Shown piece by piece: positions 29,646-40,173 of a stretch of 64,000 bases of DNA. The translations under genes were made by a program, and so were the position numbers. The stretch spans positions 64,001 through 128,000 of the forward strand of contig CAXXIA010000002.1 of assembly GCA_963666985.2 (NCBI GenBank), read 5' to 3'. The notes beneath the pieces are model-generated. The model did no database searches, was not told the origin of the DNA, and saw only the letters and a program-made list of their open reading frames with translations. This stretch comes from Spirochaetia bacterium (lineage in GTDB: Bacteria > Spirochaetota > Spirochaetia > DSM-2461). Each line of letters opens with the position of its first letter. The first letter of the stretch is position 1.

Positions 29646-30325
29646 TTTCCGGCCCCCTCTTTATTCCGCCGCTCCCGCAGGGCGTTTATTTCCTTATTCA
29701 CAATCTTCTCCATGGCGGCGCTTGTAAGCGAAGCTCCGGTAATGCCGTCCACCGCCGCGTTTTCGCTGTCCGAGTCGGCCCCGCCCTCGCCTTTGCGGAC
29801 ACTGATGCCCTTTTCGGCGATCTTCTCACCCCGGAACTGATTCTTAAACCAGTCCTCTTCGATGCGGCCGCCCAGTCCCGGCGTTTCGGAATGACTGATG
29901 ATGTCCAATCCGATGATGCGCGTCACATCGGCGTTCACCGCGAGAACTCCGGTAATGGTGCCCCAAAGGCCCTGGCCGCCGAATTGCTTTACCAGAACCT
30001 TTTCACCATCAATTTCGGCCTCGACAATCTCGCCGGCGGCCGATTGTCCGCCGAATACGGTTCCGGCCGTTTTGGTCTCGGCGGCCGTTTCCGCGGGAGC
30101 TTTTTTCCCGGCGCCGCCGAAGAGTGCCGAAAAGGCTTCCAGGTCGGCATCGGCGCCCCGAAGCGGCCGGCCGACGGCGTTCAGGAAGGCCTGCGCGGTT
30201 ACCAGTTCCTGATTCCGCGCCACCCGCTCCGCGGTGGCGCCGTCGGCCAGGGAGATGACGAATACGAACACGAAGGCCGCGAGGAAGGTAAAAATCACCA
30301 CGTAAAGAAAGGAGTCTTTATTCAT
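29642..30325 (-). CDS. nqrC: Na+-NQR subunit C (FMN-binding)
   Basis: GQGLWGTI, HSETPGLGGRI, flavinylation motif VDGITGAS. Confidence 0.88.
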   Translation of the reverse strand: MNKDSFLYVVIFTFLAAFVFVFVISLADGATAERVARNQELVTAQAFLNAVGRPLRGADADLEAFSALFGGAGKKAPAETAAETKTAGTVFGGQSAAGEIVEAEIDGEKVLVKQFGGQGLWGTITGVLAVNADVTRIIGLDIISHSETPGLGGRIEEDWFKNQFRGEKIAEKGISVRKGEGGADSDSENAAVDGITGASLTSAAMEKIVNKEINALRERRNKEGAGK

Positions 30326-31455
30326 AAAGCGCCTCCCTGAGAGGTGGCCGCGGACGGCGCATCCGGTTTCTCCGAAGAATCCGGCTTCTCCGGGAGTGCC
30401 GGATCGTTCTTCGCGCCCGCCGGTGCCTGCGCGCCTCCGCCGTTTTCAGCGGTACTCCGAGACGTCTCTTCGGCCGACGCTGCCGGATTCGCTTTCGCGG
30501 CCGCATTCCCCGCGGCCTTCTTCGCCTGTTTTTTCTTGGCGGCCGGAAACCATTCGTCCAAGAGACCGGCAAAGGTGTTGCCGATTAAAACGCCGAAACT
30601 GACGCCCTCCGGGAACAGGGAAAAAATCCGGATGGCCGCCGATACGCCGCCGATGAGAATCCCGTAGGCCCATTGCGATCCGGGTTTCTTCGGCGCGGAA
30701 ACAGGATCGGTTACCATGAAAACCGCAATAAAGAGCAGACTTCCCGATAGAAGCGATTCGATCGGCGGAAAAGGCGCGCCGCCGCCCGAGGGCGAGACGT
30801 TCGCGGCCCAGAGAGCCGCGGTTACGGCGGCGAAACTCAGCAGAGTCGAAAGCATGAGCTTCCAATTCGCCGTCTTGGTCCAAATCAGGAAAATACCCGC
30901 CAGAAGGATAAGAACGACGGCGCTTTCCCCCAACGCTCCCATGCGAAATCCGGTAATAAGGTCGATCAAATCAGGATTAACGCCTTCCTTCATCTCCATC
31001 AGCGGGGTTGCCGCGGTAGCGGCATCGACAGAAGTCTCGAAACCGAACCGCCAGGGGATGCCGGGATGCCAAGGAGGCAGGAAACTTCTCTGCATGCCGT
31101 CGGGAAAGGCCACATACACGAAGATACGGCCCGCGATGGCCGGATTGAAAACGTTCCGGCCGAAACCGCCGAAGACGTTCTTGGCAAAGATCACACCGAA
31201 GACAATACCGATCGCCGCGATCCACAGCGGCACCGCCGGAGGCATGGACAAAGCGAAAAGAGCGCAGGATACCAGGACCGCTTCGCTCACTTTGCCGCCC
31301 TTCGGTTTTGTAAAAACGTACTCCGCGAAAAAACCGAACACGAATACCGTAACGATTATCGCGAGGCTTCTCCAACCGTAAAGCAGAACGGAAAAGATAA
31401 AAATCGGAATAAGGGAGTAGAGAACCTTCCTCATCATCGGCTGTTTCTGAAACAC
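30322..31455 (-). CDS. nqrB: Na+-NQR subunit B (RnfD/NqrB family) with low-complexity C-terminal tail
   Basis: KNVFGGFGRNVFNPA, DAATAATPL (FMN Thr), GALGES, FMVTDPVSAP, PEG. Likely GTG start at 31455 after AAGAGGTG. Confidence 0.86.
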   Translation of the reverse strand: MFQKQPMMRKVLYSLIPIFIFSVLLYGWRSLAIIVTVFVFGFFAEYVFTKPKGGKVSEAVLVSCALFALSMPPAVPLWIAAIGIVFGVIFAKNVFGGFGRNVFNPAIAGRIFVYVAFPDGMQRSFLPPWHPGIPWRFGFETSVDAATAATPLMEMKEGVNPDLIDLITGFRMGALGESAVVLILLAGIFLIWTKTANWKLMLSTLLSFAAVTAALWAANVSPSGGGAPFPPIESLLSGSLLFIAVFMVTDPVSAPKKPGSQWAYGILIGGVSAAIRIFSLFPEGVSFGVLIGNTFAGLLDEWFPAAKKKQAKKAAGNAAAKANPAASAEETSRSTAENGGGAQAPAGAKNDPALPEKPDSSEKPDAPSAATSQGGAL

Positions 31456-31784
31456 TTCAACACACCTCTTTCGGCCGCCGGTACCGACCGATTCGCCCGA
31501 ATCAGGCCTTAGGCCGTCGATGTTCGATTCTCCGGCTTCAGGCGTCACCGTTTCAGTTCGGTCCCGTACCGTGGATGAACGGGCCGGTCTCATATCTCGG
31601 GGATTTCAGGGTTGCCATTGATAAAACGCAATCGGTTAATCCCGGATACTTCTTACTCTCAGTATCCCCTATAATGATCGGCGAATCCAGGCTATTGTCG
31701 TTTATCCAATATATTATATATTAAATCATATTAATCAAGTTTCCGGCGCTGAATAACGTTATAATATCTTCGAATGGAGTAAAC

Positions 31785-32258
31785 ATGGTTCGAAAAGCGA
31801 TAGTCGCCGAATTCGGTGAATCCTGGATCGAGCTTCTGAGCCTTGAAGAAGCGACTGAAAAAAACGGCGGCGGGTGCTGCGGATCTTCGAACGGAGAATC
31901 TTCGGGCTGCGGTTCCGCAGGCTGCGGATGCCGCCTCGGCGGCCGTCCCTTCCGCGCCGCCCTTCCGGAAAACCTCGATGTCAAGAAGGGTGATACGGTG
32001 GAAGTATCGGTTTCGGGAAGCAGGGCCGCCGCGGCCTTCCTGTTCATTCTGGGATTGCCGCTGGTATCGGCCGCCGCCGGATGGCATGCGGTAAGGGTGA
32101 TTGTTCAAATCATGACCGAGAGGGCCGATGCCGCCGAAGCCGCGGGCGTTCTCGGCGCGGCGGCCGGACTCCTGTTGGGAATAGGAATCCTCCTGGCCGC
32201 CGGAAGCCGTAATAAAAGAAAGCGTCTTCCCGTAATCACCGCGGTGGTGAAGCCATGA
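31785..32258 (+). CDS. RseC/MucC-like membrane protein with Cys-rich N-terminal loop
   Basis: Beta-rich N-terminus with a Cys cluster, KKGDTVEV, F..PL then two TM helices, terminal PVITAV. Confidence 0.65.
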   Translation: MVRKAIVAEFGESWIELLSLEEATEKNGGGCCGSSNGESSGCGSAGCGCRLGGRPFRAALPENLDVKKGDTVEVSVSGSRAAAAFLFILGLPLVSAAAGWHAVRVIVQIMTERADAAEAAGVLGAAAGLLLGIGILLAAGSRNKRKRLPVITAVVKP

Positions 32259-33109
32259 ATACGGCCGCGTCCACTTCCGGAGCAAAAGAAATCTTTCCTT
32301 TCGGCCGTCATCATTCGGCCGGACTCATCCGATGCGGCTTTCCAAAATCTCTTTTTTTCACGGTGATTGCCGCGGCGGCAATCACGGTTCTCTTACCTGC
32401 ATCGCTTAAGGCCGAATCACCGGCCGCTATTTTGGAGAAAGCGGCCGACCAGCTCGGTACGCCTTACCGATACGGCGGAAAATCTCCCGAAGGATTCGAC
32501 TGTTCCGGCTTTGTTTTCTATCTGTACAATCCCACCCTGCCCTCGATTCCGCGAATGTCGCGCGATATGGCCCGCACGGGTTCTCCCGTATCTTCGGGGA
32601 GCTGGAATCCGGGCGATCTGCTTTTCTACGCCACCGGTTCCGATCCCGAACGCATCAACCATGTGGCGATCTGGTACGGCGAAGGATACATTATCCACAG
32701 CATTTCCAACGGTCCGGAAACCGGAGTCGTCATGACTCCCGCGAACTCCCGTTACTGGAAAAATCATTACATAGGCTCACGCCGAGTTCTGCCGTTCACG
32801 GAGGAACGAACCGCACCGGAGGAAGAAGGCGAAATCGGCAATGCGAATAATGAAACCGGCTCCGGTTCGGTCTTTTCGGGACAAACCCAAGCCGACGAAC
32901 AAAACGCGAACGATACCGGTAAAGGTTCGGGCGCATCGGAACCGCTCCCCTCTCCGCCGCCGGTAAAAGAAATCATCGGCGATAAAAAACCGGAGGACTC
33001 GCCCTGGAACGACTTCAACGGATTTCTGCGCGGGGACTGGGAAGAATGGAAACAATCCGACCGGGAGGCCTTCGAGGAATTTCTTCGCCGCGACGCCGCC
33101 GGGATCTGA
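32255..33109 (+). CDS. NlpC/P60 (C40) cell-wall peptidase
   Basis: LGTPYRYGG, GFDCSG, PGDLLF, HVAIW, IHS; acidic low-complexity tail; start uncertain. Confidence 0.9.
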   Translation: MNTAASTSGAKEIFPFGRHHSAGLIRCGFPKSLFFTVIAAAAITVLLPASLKAESPAAILEKAADQLGTPYRYGGKSPEGFDCSGFVFYLYNPTLPSIPRMSRDMARTGSPVSSGSWNPGDLLFYATGSDPERINHVAIWYGEGYIIHSISNGPETGVVMTPANSRYWKNHYIGSRRVLPFTEERTAPEEEGEIGNANNETGSGSVFSGQTQADEQNANDTGKGSGASEPLPSPPPVKEIIGDKKPEDSPWNDFNGFLRGDWEEWKQSDREAFEEFLRRDAAGI

Positions 33110-33190
33110 TCTCCGACTTATAACGGAACCGATAAAAGAGATCCGATTTTCAGCGGCGAACTCGAAAGGAAACCGGCAAAATCGATTGTC

Positions 33191-33475
33191 GGGCGCCGAA
33201 ACTTCCGCCCGGTGCCGAAAAGCACTCGGGGCGGGAGAATCCGTTCTCAGTCAACACGGCGGAACGGCGAAGTCTCCGCCCGATAAGCGCGCTGGCGTCG
33301 GATTCCGTTCTCAAAACCATATCGGCGGGGCGCCGAAACTTCCGCCCGGTGCCGAAAAGCACTCGGGGCGGGAGAATCCGTTCTCAGTCAACACGGCGGA
33401 ACGGTGAAGTCTCCGCCCGATAAGCGCGCTTGGCGTCGGATTCCGTTCTTAAAACCATATCGGCGGGACGCCGAA
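33191..33475. repeat. Tandem duplication of a 137-bp GC-rich hairpin-containing unit (2 copies plus a stub)
   Basis: GGGCGCCGAAACTTCCGCCC starts at 33191 and 33328. The copies differ by about 2 substitutions and 1 insertion; stub GGACGCCGAA near 33466. Confidence 0.95.
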
Positions 33476-33494
33476 GCGCCCGTATAATCCCGTG

Positions 33495-34547
33495 TCAGAC
33501 CTTCTTCAGATACTTTCGTGCATCCAGCGATACTGCTGCAATGATAATCACACCCTTAATGATGTATTGGTAATACTGATCCAGTCCGACGAACGTCATG
33601 CCGTACGAAATGATGGTGAACATCAGCACTCCGGCGATGGCCCCGGAGACCTTCCCGATACCGCCGCTGAAGGAAATCCCGCCCACCACACAGGCCGCGA
33701 TGGCGTCCAGCTCGTATCCGAATCCCGTGCTGGGGTTGGCCGAACCGATACGCGCGGCCTCAAGATAGCCGCCGATTCCGTAAAGCACGCCGGCCATCAC
33801 GTAAACCAGAATGGTGGTGCTCATAACGTTCACGCCGGAAACTTTGGCCGCCTCGGGGTTTCCGCCCACGGCATACATGTTCTTCCCGAAAGTTGTTTTA
33901 TTCCAAATGAACCAGATAATAATCGAAACGGCGGCGGCTATAAGAACCAAATAGGGCAATCCCACGCGGGTACCGCCTACGGAGAACTCGATAAGACGCC
34001 CCGTGGCAATCTTCGTATAGGAGCGAAGATGGCCGCCTATGGGCTGCGCGCCGCCTTCCCCGAAGTCGAAATAAATCTGAATAACGCCGTAAAGAATGGT
34101 CATCATGCCCATGGTCGACAAAAAAGGATGGATCTGGAACTGAGCCGTTACCCAGCCGCTGATGGCGCTGAAGAGCACGCATGCGGCCATGGCGGCGAGC
34201 ATGGGTACCAGCAAGGGCATGTTCTCAATCCCCGGATAGAATCGGCCGGCATAATCGGCCCTCTGAAGCATGGAAGCCGAAACCACCGCGGCCAGTCCCA
34301 CCATGCGTCCCAGAGAGAGATCGGTTCCCTGTAAAATAATGATGCCCGCCACTCCCAAGGCCAGAATAAGCCTTACAGAGGATTGGGTAAGGACATTCTC
34401 AAGGACCCGCAAAGAAAGAAAGCGCGGATCAACGATAATAATGGCCGCGATCAGCACCAGGATAACCAGATAGATGGCGTTCCTAATAAGGAAGTCCGCC
34501 CAATCCTGCCGAGTCATCGTTTTCATGTTTTTAATGGAGTATTTCAT
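33495..34547 (-). CDS. mglC: Galactose/methyl-galactoside ABC permease
   Basis: GTDLSLGR, GKNMYAVGGNPEAAKVSGVNV, YELDAIAACVVGG. Confidence 0.92.
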   Translation of the reverse strand: MKYSIKNMKTMTRQDWADFLIRNAIYLVILVLIAAIIIVDPRFLSLRVLENVLTQSSVRLILALGVAGIIILQGTDLSLGRMVGLAAVVSASMLQRADYAGRFYPGIENMPLLVPMLAAMAACVLFSAISGWVTAQFQIHPFLSTMGMMTILYGVIQIYFDFGEGGAQPIGGHLRSYTKIATGRLIEFSVGGTRVGLPYLVLIAAAVSIIIWFIWNKTTFGKNMYAVGGNPEAAKVSGVNVMSTTILVYVMAGVLYGIGGYLEAARIGSANPSTGFGYELDAIAACVVGGISFSGGIGKVSGAIAGVLMFTIISYGMTFVGLDQYYQYIIKGVIIIAAVSLDARKYLKKV

Positions 34548-36067
34548 TAGACTTCCGCCTCTTTCGTATTGCTTAAGTACTTCATTGCGAGAGTAAAAAT
34601 CTCGGTCTGATCCGTTTTGTCCGTATCCACGATACCGGCCATGCGGCCGTTGGACATCACCATGATTCGATTGGTAACACCGATAAGCTCCGGCATTTCA
34701 GAAGACACCATTACGACTGATTTACCTGCCTCGGCCAACTTGATAATGAGCTGATAGATTTCATATTTCGCCCCCACGTCGATCCCGCGCGTGGGTTCGT
34801 CCAGAAGCAGAATGTCCGGATTGGTAATCAGCCAGCGTCCGATGATGACTTTCTGCTGATTGCCGCCGCTTAAGTTTCGAATCTGCTCCCGGCGGTTCGG
34901 CGTTTTAATACGCATGTTCCCAATCTGCTCATCGGTATCTGTTATCATCGCTTTGTCGTTCAGATATCCCAAGCGCGTTCTGTAAGCTTTAATGTTGGCG
35001 ATAGTGCTGTTGAAGGTGATGTCGCCCACCGGATAGATGCCGGTGCTTCGGCGTTCCTCGGTCAGAAGCGCGAAATGGTTGTTGATTGATTTCCGCGTTC
35101 GGCTGTTGTCGATTTTTTTACCGTCGACAAAAATTTCACCGCTCTCCAGAGTCCGGGCTCCGAATAGCGATTCAACCAATTCGGTTCGTCCGGCGCCCAC
35201 CAATCCCGCGATACCGAGAATCTCACCCCGCCTGATATCGAAATTCACGTTCGATACAATGGGCGGATATTTCGTGGTAACGTTCCGTACTTCCATGTGA
35301 ACTTTGCCGGGGAGGTTCGTCTTGGGCGGAAAACGATGATCCAAATCCCTGCCCACCATCATATTCACGATTTTGTCCATCGTGACATCCGCGATGGACT
35401 CGGTACCGATATACCTCCCGTCACGAAGCACGGTTACCTCATCGGCGATTTCAAAAATCTCGTCCATCTTGTGGGAGATATAGATAACACCGACACCCTG
35501 ATTTCGAAGAACGCGGATAATATCGAAAAGCATGTTCACTTCGTTCTCGGTCAGCGAAGAAGTGGGTTCATCGAGAACAATGATTTTTGCATCGTAAGAA
35601 ACGGCCTTGGCGATTTCAACCATTTGCCGCTGAGATACCGAGAGGCTTTCCAGAATAAAATCGGGATCCAAATGGATACCGAGTTTATCGAAAAGCGATT
35701 GGGAATCCCGATGCATCTTTTTCTCATCGATGAAGAGACCTTTTTTCGGGTATCTGCCGAGCCAGATATTATCGGAGATGCTCCGCTGGGTTACCTGGTT
35801 CAGCTCCTGGTGAACCATGGACACCCCGTTTTCCAGTGCATGCTTGGGATCGGTGAAGTTGAATTCCTTACCGTCCAGAAAGAACCTTCCCGTATCCTGG
35901 AAATAAATTCCAAACAGACATTTCATCAGTGTCGATTTGCCGGCGCCGTTTTCTCCCATCAGGGCGTGGACGGATCCCTGACGGACGTTCAGCCGTACGT
36001 TATCCAGCACTTTATTACCGGAAAACGACTTGCTGAGGTTTTCAATACTTAGCAGGTATTCCGCCAA
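34547..36067 (-). CDS. mglA: Galactose/methyl-galactoside ABC ATPase
   Basis: [21 protein letters not shown] twice, [11 protein letters not shown] start with GGAGG. Confidence 0.93.
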   Translation of the reverse strand: MAEYLLSIENLSKSFSGNKVLDNVRLNVRQGSVHALMGENGAGKSTLMKCLFGIYFQDTGRFFLDGKEFNFTDPKHALENGVSMVHQELNQVTQRSISDNIWLGRYPKKGLFIDEKKMHRDSQSLFDKLGIHLDPDFILESLSVSQRQMVEIAKAVSYDAKIIVLDEPTSSLTENEVNMLFDIIRVLRNQGVGVIYISHKMDEIFEIADEVTVLRDGRYIGTESIADVTMDKIVNMMVGRDLDHRFPPKTNLPGKVHMEVRNVTTKYPPIVSNVNFDIRRGEILGIAGLVGAGRTELVESLFGARTLESGEIFVDGKKIDNSRTRKSINNHFALLTEERRSTGIYPVGDITFNSTIANIKAYRTRLGYLNDKAMITDTDEQIGNMRIKTPNRREQIRNLSGGNQQKVIIGRWLITNPDILLLDEPTRGIDVGAKYEIYQLIIKLAEAGKSVVMVSSEMPELIGVTNRIMVMSNGRMAGIVDTDKTDQTEIFTLAMKYLSNTKEAEV

Positions 36068-36134
36068 TTCTGAAGCCTCCGTTCATTAAGATGATGGCAT
36101 CAATTCTAAAAGCGCTCGGCCGAGTATGCCACAT

Positions 36135-36174
36135 AAAGAATCGCGGGAAGAATCCGAGCGAATTCCCCCCGCGA
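36135..36174 (-). terminator. Hairpin with T-rich tail between mglB and mglA
   Basis: TCGCGGG...CCCGCGA stem; the minus strand continues TTCTTT. Confidence 0.5.
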
Positions 36175-36203
36175 CGATCAATTACTGTTCAAAAACGGAT
36201 AAA

Positions 36204-37226
36204 TCAGCGGAAGTCCTGATAATTTTCGGGAGTTACGGCCACATAAGCAACCCGAACGGCCTTGGTTTTCGGTCCGTCCAGCTTCCAGCTTGTTCCGGCC
36301 GTTACATCCTTGCCTTGGGCGGCGTTCACGGCCAAATCGATGGTGGCGCGCGCCTGATTGACGCCGTCGTTCAGAACGGTACCGTTCATCTCGCCGTCGG
36401 CGATATGAGTCAGAGCCTGATCCAAAGCATCAACACCATAAAGAGGAAGTTCCACTCCCGCGGCCTTAAGAGCATTGATGGCGCCGAAAGCCATGCCGTC
36501 GTTGTTGCAGATAACAAGTTCGATATCCTTTCCGAAGGACGAAGTGAGCCATGCCTGCATCTTGTCGTTGCCGTGCTGGGTGGACCAGTTGGGATCGGCT
36601 TCCAGGGCCAGCTGCTTTACCTTGATTCCGGCATCCACGAAGGACTGCACGGAGTACTTGGTTCGCGCTTCGGCATCGGGGTGTCCGGGCTCGCCCTTGA
36701 GCATAACGTATTGAACAACACCGTCGCCGTTCTTGTCCCATTCCGGATGAGCTTTCCAGTCGGCGACCATCATTTCACCTTGAATGATTCCTGATTCGGC
36801 GGAGTTGGTACCCACGTACCAAACCTTGTCGTAGCTGGTCATGGCGCCCGCTTCGGTGGCTTCCTTATTAAAAAGAATTAACGGGATGCCCGCCGCCGCC
36901 GCCTTGTCGATAATCGTGCCTGCCGAGGCCGGATCAACAAGATTGATGGCCAGAACATCGACGCCTTTGGTAATGAATACGTCGACCTGGTCGTTCAGTT
37001 TGGCCTGCTGACCTTCCGAATCCACGATGGTAATCTGAGCACCTTTCTCGGCGGCATAGCGCTCGAGTTCGGGCTTCATTACGCCGTTCATGAAGTTGTC
37101 GGCGAAGCTGTAGATGTTGGCACCGATAACGACGCTTCCGCCGCCGGCATCCGAACCGCCGCCGGCAAAAGCGGCGAAGGGCAGGATCGTCAAAGCGATT
37201 ACGACAAGAAGAAACGCTTTTTTCAT
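36204..37226 (-). CDS. mglB: Galactose/glucose-binding protein
   Basis: LAINLVDP, FNKE, YVGT, Ca-binding loop DKNGDGVVQY, LKGEPGHPDA, NNDGMA, GTVLND. Confidence 0.93.
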   Translation of the reverse strand: MKKAFLLVVIALTILPFAAFAGGGSDAGGGSVVIGANIYSFADNFMNGVMKPELERYAAEKGAQITIVDSEGQQAKLNDQVDVFITKGVDVLAINLVDPASAGTIIDKAAAAGIPLILFNKEATEAGAMTSYDKVWYVGTNSAESGIIQGEMMVADWKAHPEWDKNGDGVVQYVMLKGEPGHPDAEARTKYSVQSFVDAGIKVKQLALEADPNWSTQHGNDKMQAWLTSSFGKDIELVICNNDGMAFGAINALKAAGVELPLYGVDALDQALTHIADGEMNGTVLNDGVNQARATIDLAVNAAQGKDVTAGTSWKLDGPKTKAVRVAYVAVTPENYQDFR

Positions 37227-37381
37227 AAGAGAACTCCTTTTAAGGTTTTACGGTGTCCGGCACCGTATGAGAATCAGGTTAAAGGAGTCCTGAAAAATTA
37301 AAATGGATTCATTTCCGCCGTTTTTGCAATTTCTTCTAAAAATGCGCTAAAACAATTCTTTCCGGGTTCGAATCGGGAAGA

Positions 37382-38440
37382 TTATTCTAAAGTGAACGTT
37401 TTGTAATCAATCCAGATGTACTTCCCATCCGTAACCGTATATGGAAAATCATCCCCGATGCCGCCGTCTAAAATCGCGAGAGAAAGTTCCGCAATGGCTT
37501 GGGCCATACTTGCCGAATCGTTCAGGACCGTACCGTAGAGATAGCCGTCTTTAATATGACCGACAGCGTCGGGAACACCGTCGATGCCCAGAACGGGAAT
37601 CCATTTCGCGTCGTCTTTATCGATGACTCGGTTGCCGTTTGTGTCTTTGAAGATGCCGCGCTGTCTCATAATGGATATCGCGCCGAGAGCCATCGCATCG
37701 TTGTTCGAGAGAACAAGTTCTATCCCTTCTCCGAAGCGGTCCAGAAGATCGTCCATCCGCTCGTATCCTTCGTCCCGATTCCAATTGGCGACTTCCGTGG
37801 AAAGAACATCCAAATTGTATCCTTCGTCGGCGAATGCCTTTATCACGGTGGCCGTCCGGATTTCCGCGTCCTGATGCCCCTGTTCCCCTTTGAGAATCAC
37901 CGCTTGAATGGCCCCGTCGCCGTTGCGGTCATACTCATTCAGATCATGGGGATTTTCTCCGAACAGCTCCATGGCGAGTTCGGCCTGCATTCGGCCCGAC
38001 TGCTCGGCCCTGGCACCGACATACCAAGCCTTATCCCAAATCCTCAAATCGTCCTCAAGAGGTTCTCTGTTGAAAAAAATCACGGGGATATCCAGCGCTT
38101 TCAGCTTATTCACCACGGCGTGAGCGCCAAGGCGATCCACGGGATTCACGATTAAAAGCGGCGCCCCGGACTTCAAAGAAGCCTCAATCTGCTCGTTTTG
38201 AATAATCTGCGAATCCAAAGAATAATAGGTAACAAGAGGAAAACGGCCTTCGGCCTCCTTTTGGATGTCCGCCGTCAAACTTCTCATGAAAAGATCCTCT
38301 TCCTTATAAATAAAAAGTCCGGCGGGAAGGGGAGTTTTCCGACAGGCCGTGAAGGAAAAAGCGGCCAGAAGAACAAAAAGGAAAGGGGCGGCGCGCCGCA
38401 TTTTCCCGTTAGCTTCGTTCAATTCGTTCAAGTGTTTCAT
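37382..38440 (-). CDS. Second MglB-like binding lipoprotein (probable sensory partner of the kinase)
   Basis: Lipobox FTAC, FFNREP, DRNGDG, LKGEQGHQDA, NNDAMALG, GTVLND; overlaps the kinase stop. Confidence 0.87.
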   Translation of the reverse strand: MKHLNELNEANGKMRRAAPFLFVLLAAFSFTACRKTPLPAGLFIYKEEDLFMRSLTADIQKEAEGRFPLVTYYSLDSQIIQNEQIEASLKSGAPLLIVNPVDRLGAHAVVNKLKALDIPVIFFNREPLEDDLRIWDKAWYVGARAEQSGRMQAELAMELFGENPHDLNEYDRNGDGAIQAVILKGEQGHQDAEIRTATVIKAFADEGYNLDVLSTEVANWNRDEGYERMDDLLDRFGEGIELVLSNNDAMALGAISIMRQRGIFKDTNGNRVIDKDDAKWIPVLGIDGVPDAVGHIKDGYLYGTVLNDSASMAQAIAELSLAILDGGIGDDFPYTVTDGKYIWIDYKTFTLE

Positions 38441-40173
38441 GATGCGGAATCTTTCGCCAAAGGGATTATTACCGTCACGATGGTATCCTCATCGGAGTGA
38501 CCGGAAAACCGAAGTCCGGCGTTCTCCCCGTAATAAAGTTTCAGCCTCTGCTGAACATTCCGTAAGCCGACGCCGATGCCGGGACCGGCTTCCCCCATTC
38601 CTTCAAGATAATTCTGGATTTCTTCGATTCGCTTTTCGGTCAGTCCGTAGCCGTTGTTTCTCACATCGAAAAACATCCATCCGGGTTCCAGACGGCCGCG
38701 AATCTCGATAACGCCCCCGTCCTCATCCAATCCGTGATGGATGGCGTTTTCCACGAGGGGCTGAAGAATAAGCTTCATAACGTTCATGCTCATCAGTCTC
38801 TCGTCTATATCGAAAGAATACGTGAATTTATCGACATATCGTATGGACTGTATGGTCAGATAGTTTTTCACATGATCAATCTCATCACTGACGGGAATGA
38901 ACGTTGCGCCTTTTGAAATACTGATGCGGAAGAATCGGGCAAGCGCGATTACGGTTGTAACGACATCCTCGGACCTCTCATGCTCGGCGAGCCAGACGAT
39001 GGAATCCAGCGAATTGTAGAGAAAATGCGGATTAATCTGATTCTGAAGAGCCCGAAGCTCGGTTTTTCGCTTCTCCCTCTGCTCATTGACGACGCGATCC
39101 ATCAAAACACGGATTTTCTCAATCATGCTGTTGAAGGAATGCCCGAGCATCACGATTTCCTTCTGCCCCTTCACCGAAACTTCCGTATCAATCGCACCCT
39201 GCTCGATTTTGAGCATTATTCTTTGTAATTGCTTCACGGGAAGGGAAATACGGAGCGAAAGAATTATGGAAACAAGAGTAGTCGTTACCATGGTAATGGC
39301 GAAAATCAGAAGAAAGACGGGCAGCATGCTCCGACGAACCGCGTTGATTTCGTCAATGTTGATTAACGTTGCGATGCGCCACCGCGTATGCGCCAAAGTA
39401 TTAATGTTCAAAAAAAGATTCCGGCCTTCGATATTCGTCTTCAGGCCGCCCAGAACATGCTCCGCGGCGATATCGAGACTCCGATCCGTAAGTTCATAGG
39501 GATTCTCGGATGTGTAAATAAGAGCATCTCCGCCGTCGAGAATCAGAATGTGTCCGCCCGGGCCGAGGTTGGTCATTTCGGCCAAATCACGGATTACCTG
39601 GAAGTTCAGCTCAATCAGAAGAACACCGATTTCGGAAATGCCCCCGCGAATATAATTCACCTGCTTCGCCACGGAGATAACCTCATCCTTGCGGTCAATG
39701 GCCAACGATGATTTTCCCGAAGATAAAAAATGAAATATGGAAGGATCGGAAAGAGCGCCGGTGAACCACGGCTCCGACAAGATGTAATTCCTGGATAACG
39801 GACCGATTCTGTCGCCCAGAAGCTTTAGGCCCTCTTCATTGAAAAGAAAAATGGCCACCACATCCTTTTTCAGCTGGGAATTCAGCGTATAAAGATTTTG
39901 GAGCTGTTCATAATCCGTCTTCAGATCCAAGGGGAGAGAGAAACGCTGGATATAATTCGCGGTTTCGATGATGCTCTCGATATAACTCTCGTAATTCAAA
40001 ACAATCTGCTTGTTGATTTCCCGCGATTGGTTCTCCACCAGAACATTTGTCCGTGCCGAAAAGGCCATAAAGTAAACGAAACTCGAAACAAGAAGCACGA
40101 GGGAAACGATGCTCATCGTGGAAAGGAGAATACTCTGCCCGATGGAAAGACTAATCCGGTTTCTGATTTTCAC
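38437..40173 (-). CDS. Sensor histidine kinase (YesM-like; Cache, HAMP, His_kinase)
   Basis: ALQNQINPHFLYNSL, ILQPLVENAIHHG, GVGLRNV. Confidence 0.93.
   Translation of the reverse strand: MKIRNRISLSIGQSILLSTMSIVSLVLLVSSFVYFMAFSARTNVLVENQSREINKQIVLNYESYIESIIETANYIQRFSLPLDLKTDYEQLQNLYTLNSQLKKDVVAIFLFNEEGLKLLGDRIGPLSRNYILSEPWFTGALSDPSIFHFLSSGKSSLAIDRKDEVISVAKQVNYIRGGISEIGVLLIELNFQVIRDLAEMTNLGPGGHILILDGGDALIYTSENPYELTDRSLDIAAEHVLGGLKTNIEGRNLFLNINTLAHTRWRIATLINIDEINAVRRSMLPVFLLIFAITMVTTTLVSIILSLRISLPVKQLQRIMLKIEQGAIDTEVSVKGQKEIVMLGHSFNSMIEKIRVLMDRVVNEQREKRKTELRALQNQINPHFLYNSLDSIVWLAEHERSEDVVTTVIALARFFRISISKGATFIPVSDEIDHVKNYLTIQSIRYVDKFTYSFDIDERLMSMNVMKLILQPLVENAIHHGLDEDGGVIEIRGRLEPGWMFFDVRNNGYGLTEKRIEEIQNYLEGMGEAGPGIGVGLRNVQQRLKLYYGENAGLRFSGHSDEDTIVTVIIPLAKDSAS

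Noticed and set aside
33191..33475. Possible CRISPR array to go with the Cas2-like gene
   Set aside because: The intervening sequences are themselves duplicated, so there are no unique spacers; only two units; no adjacent cas genes.
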